A stretch of 64,000 nucleotides of DNA, from the NCBI GenBank assembly GCA_963666835.2, contig CAXXGO010000001.1:1184001-1248000 (forward strand). The letters run 5' to 3'. Position 1 is the first letter of the stretch; the number at the start of each line of letters is the position of its first letter. Positions 58,241 through 64,000 of the stretch are shown one piece after another. The notes beneath the pieces were generated by a model. That model saw nothing but the letters and a program-made list of their open reading frames with translations. It made no database searches and had not been told where the DNA came from. The position numbers and the translations under genes are program-made. Source of the DNA: Phycisphaerae bacterium. GTDB lineage: Bacteria > Planctomycetota > Phycisphaerae > UBA1845.

Positions 58241-59548
58241 ATGTCGGGAAGGGTCGTGCATTTAGCTGCGGGGGCGGGGCGGATGTACTGCGGCGCGTGC
58301 ATGCGCGACAATCGTCTTACCGCCAGGTTGATGCAGCAAGGCCACAACGTCGCGCTGCTGCCTTTGTACATGCCGATCCGGACGGACGAATCGGATGTTA
58401 GTCGAAGCGGCGTGTACTATGGCGGACTCAGCGTAGGCCTCCAACAGAAGCTGGCTTTCTTTCGGCATGTCCACCGACGGTTGGATCGACTACTGGATTC
58501 CCCGGTGCTTCTCAGGACCCTCGGGCGCGTGATGTCTAGGATTCGGCCGGTTGGAATCGGTCCTTTGACGGTGTCGATCCTGGCCGGCGAGGAAGGGGTC
58601 CAGCGAAAGGAGCTACACAAGCTGGTTGCGGGACTAAGGGCCCTCGAGCCGAGTCTCGTGAGTCTTCCCAACCTGATGTTCGTGGGAGTGGCTAAGGCGC
58701 TGAAGGCGGCGCTGGGCGTCCCGATACTGTGTACGCTGGCCGGTGAGGATGCGTTTATCGAGGCGCTCCCGGATCCTTATCGGGACCGCGCCTTTGAGTT
58801 GATCCGCGAGAGGTCCACAGACGTCGACGGCTTCATCGCCCCGACGCGCTACTACGCCACCCGCGCGGCCGAGTGCTTTGGATTGGATCAGGATCGCGTA
58901 CATTACGTTCCCATGGGCATTCGCGTTGATGACGTGGGTTGTCCGGCTGATCCACCCGCCGAGCCGTTTACGATCGGGTACCTGGCCGGAATCTGTCCGG
59001 AGAAAGGGCTGGCAGTGTTGGGTAAGGCTTTCAAGTTGCTTGGGAAGGGCTCCCGCAGGTGTCGCCTTCGGATAGCCGGGTACGCGGGCGCGGTGGGGCG
59101 GAAATACTGGGCCAAAATCCGTTGCGGGCTGCGTCAGGACGGGCTACTTTCGGCGGTCGACTACGTGGGGGAAGTCAGTCGCCCCGAGAAGCTCAGCTTC
59201 CTTCGGTCTCTGCACGTTCTGTCGGTGCCGACCATTCATCCTGAGCCGAAGGGCCTTTATGTACTCGAAGCCATGGCCGGTGGTGTTCCGGTGGTGCAGC
59301 CGCGCCACGGGTCTTTTCCGGAATTGGTCGAAGCTACGGGAGGCGGACGGCTTTATGATTCGCCCGACCCGCAAGCTCTGGCTGAGGCCATCAAGGAACT
59401 TATGGACAATGAGACGCTACGTCGGCGTTTGGCTGAAAGCGGCAGGGCGGCAGTGCGCGACAAGTTCAGTGACGACATCATGGCCGCGAAGACCTGGGAG
59501 CTGTACGAGCGGTTTGGCGTAGAGGCCGGTGCGCATTCAGCACAATGA
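58241..59548 (+). CDS. Glycosyltransferase family 4
   Basis: AGRMYCGACMRD N-terminus, PEKG, EPKGLYVLEAMAGGVPVV. Confidence 0.88.
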   Translation: MSGRVVHLAAGAGRMYCGACMRDNRLTARLMQQGHNVALLPLYMPIRTDESDVSRSGVYYGGLSVGLQQKLAFFRHVHRRLDRLLDSPVLLRTLGRVMSRIRPVGIGPLTVSILAGEEGVQRKELHKLVAGLRALEPSLVSLPNLMFVGVAKALKAALGVPILCTLAGEDAFIEALPDPYRDRAFELIRERSTDVDGFIAPTRYYATRAAECFGLDQDRVHYVPMGIRVDDVGCPADPPAEPFTIGYLAGICPEKGLAVLGKAFKLLGKGSRRCRLRIAGYAGAVGRKYWAKIRCGLRQDGLLSAVDYVGEVSRPEKLSFLRSLHVLSVPTIHPEPKGLYVLEAMAGGVPVVQPRHGSFPELVEATGGGRLYDSPDPQALAEAIKELMDNETLRRRLAESGRAAVRDKFSDDIMAAKTWELYERFGVEAGAHSAQ

Positions 59549-59727
59549 GGAAACCGGCAAAGCGGTACGCCCGAATCGGATTGAGGCGAGTGTAGCGTTT
59601 CGGGTTTCGGTCTTACGCTGCTGACGGTATAGTCAGCGCCGGCGATGCGTTTTCGCGGTGCGCGTGCGAGAGTCGCAGCGGTACTCTCCGAGGGTTGATC
59701 ACGTGGAGGAAAGGGAGCCATACAGCC

Positions 59728-60093
59728 ATGGCAAAGAGGAAGAACAAGACGGCGCAGGTTGACTGGTACTACCATCGCCGGGGCTGAGTATCCAGCGCCC
59801 GATCGCAGGAGTTTCTTGCGAAGAACGGGATCGACCCGAAAGAGGTTGTCGATGCTAAAGCGAAGTTGGGTCGGGAAGCCGCGTTGGAGCTGGTTCGGGC
59901 GGCCTCAACCGTAATCGTCGCCAAGGGCAAGAAGGTGACGCGGTTCGATATGAAGAAGGAGCCCCCGGACGAGGACACTCTATTGGGCCATCTACTTGGC
60001 ACTACCGGCAACCTCAGAGCCCCGACGGTTCGATCGGGGAAGACTCTCGTCGTGGGGTTCCACGAGGAGGTCTACGGAAGCGAGTTCCTCTGA
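59728..60093 (+). CDS. ArsC-like thioredoxin-fold selenoprotein (Sec at TGA 59785-59787, UxxS motif)
   Basis: ATG 59728 is in frame with the called ORF 59866-60093: MAKRKNKTAQVDWYYHRRG-TGA-VSSARSQEFL...GNLRAPT...LVVGF; hairpin downstream of the TGA. Confidence 0.8.
59798..59829 (+). promoter_or_regulatory. Putative bacterial SECIS element
   Basis: Stem TCGCAGGA/TCTTGCGA with GTT loop starting 23 nt after the TGA; lower stem CCCG/CGGG. Confidence 0.65.
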
Positions 60094-60399
60094 TCGTTGC
60101 GAAAGCGTTGGTCGGGCACCCGGTAAGGGACCGGGAAGGACGTGCGAGCTCCGCAGGGCAGCTCAACGACCTGCTTTTGCCCTCGATCAACCACTCGTCC
60201 GATTCGCGGCGGCACGAGGGGAGACGGAACATGTTCGTCTTCCAGTGGTGTCGCAACGGTGGGGCCGGCCTGGTCCACCGAGGCGCCCGGTGGGCGTGCG
60301 CCTTGCTCGGGGCTGCATACCTGTGTATCTTGAGCGCGCCAATCGACGATGGCGAGAGCGTGTCACTTCGAGAAACTCGAGACGGAAGGCTGGCTACCG

Positions 60400-61470
60400 A
60401 TGCTCCCGAGCCCGGAAGAGCTTATCAACGCCACCATAGAGGCGTTGGGTAAGAGCGCGAAGACCGATTACCGGATAACGCCGACTACTCACGCCCGTGA
60501 GCTTGCCGAGCGTGCTGGTGAGCTGGCGGAGATTCTCAGGACCAGTGAAGCGTTAGTTGCTGCCCGGCAGTACGAAGAGCGGGACCAGCGCGCTCGGGAC
60601 GCGCGCGACCGGTTTGGGAGACTGACCTCCCGCGCCCGCTGGGCCGTGCTGATCGCAGCCTGCTTCGCGGTGGCCCTGATGTTGGCCGGAGCTTTTGCGG
60701 AGCGCCTGCAGATCGCCGACCGGGGGTGGGTGTTTATTGCTCTGGGGGGTGCGGGTACGGTGGCGGGCGCCTTGGGCACCATGTGGGTCTTTCGGATTCG
60801 CGAGGGGAAGCTGCTCGATGAGTGGATGCAGCACCGGGCCCATGCCGAGACTCGGAGGTTGGCGTATTTTGCCCTTGTCACCGGTTGCCGCAATGGGTCG
60901 ACCGGATCCGGTCTACCTCTTCGTCTTCAGCAACTCGAGTACTTCCGGCGGTACCAGCTCGAGGTCCAGGTGAGATATTACCGAGATCGCAGTGCCGAAC
61001 ATTTGGCAGCGTCCCGGAGGACGCTGGCGGTGAGCAGTTGGGCCGTGTTTGTGTCGACGTTGTCCGCAGGGCTAGCCGGGGTCCTGGGTGCGTGGTGGCC
61101 GGCCTTGGCATCGCTTGCGGCGCTGAGCGTGTTGGGATCGGCGCTATCCTCGTTTGCGTCCGTTAAGGAATCCGGCAACCAGGACCGGCGCAACGCGGAA
61201 CGGTACGGCAGGACCTATGAAAGTCTGGAGCAACTCGAGAGCAAGTTGCCGGCGGTCCGTCATGCGGTTACGGCCGGATCGAGCAAAGCTCTCAACCAGT
61301 TCGTCAGGGCCGTCCATGAGCAGTTGTCGCTGGAACACCGGCAGTGGCTTCGGGGAGCGGAGGCCATCAGTGACGGCGTGGCGAGTCTCGAAGAGACTCT
61401 GGCCGGGCTGAAGGACCAAACCGCGTCGATCTCTTCGTGCCAGGCAAAGCAACCCGTGAACGCGGGTTAA
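60400..61470 (+). CDS. Four-TM protein resembling tandem SLATT/DUF4231 domains
   Basis: Two TM hairpins, followed by W..HRAHAETRR and RNAERYGRTYESL; Y.RY....Q.RYY linker; C-terminal LSLEHRQW. Confidence 0.55.
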   Translation: MLPSPEELINATIEALGKSAKTDYRITPTTHARELAERAGELAEILRTSEALVAARQYEERDQRARDARDRFGRLTSRARWAVLIAACFAVALMLAGAFAERLQIADRGWVFIALGGAGTVAGALGTMWVFRIREGKLLDEWMQHRAHAETRRLAYFALVTGCRNGSTGSGLPLRLQQLEYFRRYQLEVQVRYYRDRSAEHLAASRRTLAVSSWAVFVSTLSAGLAGVLGAWWPALASLAALSVLGSALSSFASVKESGNQDRRNAERYGRTYESLEQLESKLPAVRHAVTAGSSKALNQFVRAVHEQLSLEHRQWLRGAEAISDGVASLEETLAGLKDQTASISSCQAKQPVNAG

Positions 61471-61506
61471 TCTGAGGGGGAGATGTTTGACGATCAAGGC
61501 TGTCCA

Positions 61507-64000
61507 TTACGGTGCCTGGGGCGCCGTTGTGGCCAGCGGCCGCTCTACGATCGTGACGTCCAATCGAGTCGCAGGAGCGACGAAATCGAGCACCTGGGAG
61601 CCGCGCTGGATCTTGAGCGTTCGGCTGCTTACCCTCATTATATCAGTGTCAGTCAGCACCTGGAGCTGATACGCCCGGGAGATCTGATGACCATCGTACT
61701 CCAGAATGATGTCCCCAGGGACGATTCCCAAAGTCTGACCAACTCCGCCCGGCGACAATGACTGCACGGTCAACTGCGCAGGAGGGTACCCGTTAGCGAT
61801 CTCCCAGTCGACCGCCTTCTTGCGGTCTTGCTGATACCGTTTCCGGTCACCGAGCTTCCAATACGCCAAGGCGCGGTAGAAGTACACATCGCCGCGGGCC
61901 TTTGCGTATAGCCGGGTGAACTGGTCGAAATCGCCGAGCGCCTCGCTCCACCGGGTGCGATACAGGTTGCACAGACCGCGATCCACGAGGACCCACGTGG
62001 CCTGGGGTTCGATCTTCAGGATCTCGTCCAGCTCGGCCAGAGCCGCGTTGGGGTTGAACGTCCATAAGTACACACCTGCCCGCCAATGGCGGTATTGGGT
62101 ACTCGATGGCGCCAGGGTGACCGCTTGGTTGATATCAGCGAGGCATTCGTTTACTAAGCCTTTTGCCTGGTAGGCTTGACTTCGCGCTGCGTACACGGCG
62201 GGGTTGTCAGGGGCAAGCTCGACAGCTTTCGAGGCGTGTTCGATTGCCTCGTCTGGGTTGCCCTGTCCCGACGCACACCTCGCGTAGTTCAACAGCAGAT
62301 CCGCGTCCTCCGCGCCCAGGGCGCGGGCCTTATCCAGGTCCGCCCGCGCCGCGTCATAGTCCATCCGTTGCATGTGGAGCATGGCCCGCTTCACGAAGGT
62401 GGGGGCATGCTCCGGGGCCAGCTCGATGGCCTTCGAGGTGTGCTCGATTGCCTCGGCTGGATTGCCTTGTCCCGCCGCGCACACCGCGTAGCCCAGCCAC
62501 AGATCCGCATCATCCGCCCCAAGGTCGCTGGCCTTATCCAGGTCTGCCCGAGCCGTTTCATAGTCCATCTGTTGCATGTGGAACGTGGCCCGTTTTGCGT
62601 AGGCCGGGGCGTGTTCGGGGGCCAGGTCGATGACCTCTTGTAGAAGTTCCATGTGCAGTTCGTTGTCCCCCGTAGCTTTGGCCAAGTCTGCGATCATCAG
62701 CAGCACCCTCAGTGCCCCTTGCCGGTCCGAGTCGTTTATCTTGCGACCCAGGGCTTGACGGATGTCGTCGGCGGTGGCGCGAAGTTGCTCAATATCTGGG
62801 GAAACCGTATTGGCAACTGCTGATACTCTCGCAACAGCGCGGGAGAAGTACGCTCCGGCGCTGTCCGGGTCCAGCCGGATCTGTTCACCATACGTCATCA
62901 CCGCGTTCTCGTGATCTCCCGATTCCTGGTACGCCTCGCCCAGCCGGCCGTAGCGGTCCGCCGTCGGCTCGATTTGAACGGCCTTCTCGAGGTCCGCGAT
63001 CGCCTCGGAGTACCTTCCGGTGTTCGAGTAGACCCGCCCGCGAAGTTCGTAGTTCGCCGCATCGCGCGGCTCGAGACGGACGGATTCGGAGAGATCAGCA
63101 ATAGCTTCGTCATACGCTTCGAGTTTGTTGTGGGCTTCGCCGCGGAAGTAGTGCATCAGTTCATGGCTGGTCGGCGGGCACTCTTCGAGCGCCCGCGTCG
63201 TCTGCTTGAGGACTTCTTCCCAATCTTCGGTGCTGCGGGCCATCTCCACCATGAGACCGTAGGCTTCCGCTGAATGGGGATCGCGCAGCAGGGCCTCGGC
63301 TATGTCTTGCCGGGCCTTTTCCTGATCCCCTTGCTTGAACCTGGCCCGCGCGCGGGAGACGTAGGTCACTGGGCAGGGCGTGAGTTCGATGGCTTTCTCG
63401 AAATCGGCGAGAGCGAATTCTACTTCATCTTGTTCGAGCAACACCGTGCCGCGTCCGACATAGCTGGGCCAGTATGTCGGTAGGATGGTGATGGCAGAAT
63501 TGTAGTCTGCGATCGCTGCGGTGTGGTGGCCGGATCCGAAGTTGGCCATGCCGCGAACGAGGTGACCGAAGAACGAGCGTTTATCGAGTTCTATAGCTGT
63601 TTCGGCATCTGCCAGAGCATCGTCCCACTGCTGCAAAGTGCACTTTGCGAGCGACCGGGCAGCGAAGCTCAGATAGAGATTCGGATCCAATTGGATTGCT
63701 TCGTTGGCATCGTTGAGAGCCTCTATTCCGTTCCCGAGCATCGCGTGGGCCAAGCTGCGCTCGACGTAACCCAGCGCCCGGCTCGGGTCGACCCGGACTG
63801 CCTCGTTGGCGTCCTTTAATGCCTCGACAAGCCTGCCTTGTGCGATGTGGGCGCTTGCGCGTAAGTAATGAGTATATCCGTTCTTGGGCACGCGTTTCAG
63901 GGCTTCGTCTGCGTCAGCGAGCGCCTCGTCGAGACGCCCCACGTATGAGTAGGCCAATCCTCGTGCAATGTAGGCATGGCCCGCATCCGGGTTGGCGCGG
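61507..64000 (-). CDS. Long TPR-repeat protein with C-terminal PDZ domain; 5' end beyond the window
   Basis: Many A..D...AI.L.P TPR units; SPGGVGQTLGIVPGDIILEYDG...LKIQRG PDZ-like end; frame open to the window edge. Confidence 0.88.
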   Translation of the reverse strand, partial: RANPDAGHAYIARGLAYSYVGRLDEALADADEALKRVPKNGYTHYLRASAHIAQGRLVEALKDANEAVRVDPSRALGYVERSLAHAMLGNGIEALNDANEAIQLDPNLYLSFAARSLAKCTLQQWDDALADAETAIELDKRSFFGHLVRGMANFGSGHHTAAIADYNSAITILPTYWPSYVGRGTVLLEQDEVEFALADFEKAIELTPCPVTYVSRARARFKQGDQEKARQDIAEALLRDPHSAEAYGLMVEMARSTEDWEEVLKQTTRALEECPPTSHELMHYFRGEAHNKLEAYDEAIADLSESVRLEPRDAANYELRGRVYSNTGRYSEAIADLEKAVQIEPTADRYGRLGEAYQESGDHENAVMTYGEQIRLDPDSAGAYFSRAVARVSAVANTVSPDIEQLRATADDIRQALGRKINDSDRQGALRVLLMIADLAKATGDNELHMELLQEVIDLAPEHAPAYAKRATFHMQQMDYETARADLDKASDLGADDADLWLGYAVCAAGQGNPAEAIEHTSKAIELAPEHAPTFVKRAMLHMQRMDYDAARADLDKARALGAEDADLLLNYARCASGQGNPDEAIEHASKAVELAPDNPAVYAARSQAYQAKGLVNECLADINQAVTLAPSSTQYRHWRAGVYLWTFNPNAALAELDEILKIEPQATWVLVDRGLCNLYRTRWSEALGDFDQFTRLYAKARGDVYFYRALAYWKLGDRKRYQQDRKKAVDWEIANGYPPAQLTVQSLSPGGVGQTLGIVPGDIILEYDGHQISRAYQLQVLTDTDIMRVSSRTLKIQRGSQVLDFVAPATRLDVTIVERPLATTAPQAP

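Overview
GC-rich bacterial chromosome segment, most consistent with an anaerobic planctomycete (Phycisphaerae-like: IPTL-CTERM and dockerin-like surface proteins, class I Hcp, NifUS); the taxonomy is inferred. The left 25 kb holds secreted repeat proteins (one frameshifted by a 50-bp templated insertion), leuS-CYTH, clusters of GTAG-type REP palindromes, ABC-F, two Kdo/WaaP-like kinases, a membrane protein and a methyltransferase. It also holds a compact polymorphic-toxin locus: a secreted transglutaminase-like/TPR protein coupled to a signal-peptide-bearing, shell-less mini-Rhs HNH toxin and a putative immunity gene, with the toxin-immunity pair bracketed by 201-bp direct repeats. From 25.9 to 58.1 kb lies a large nitrosative/oxidative stress island: hcp, ferredoxin, HcpR, a heme-c sensor kinase and Rrf2, then about 23 kb of co-oriented genes (perR-like, ferritin, rubredoxins, ahpC, fprA, mntP, ZIP, cydAB, pntAB, PTS enzyme I, bcp, fumC/aspA, katA, pentaheme cytochrome, nifUS), closed by a second perR-like gene and an exported msrBA. 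The right end has a GT4, an ArsC-like selenoprotein that the ORF track truncates (in-frame TGA plus SECIS-like hairpin), a tandem SLATT-like membrane protein and a TPR-PDZ protein. No tRNA, rRNA, CRISPR array or transposase was recognised.
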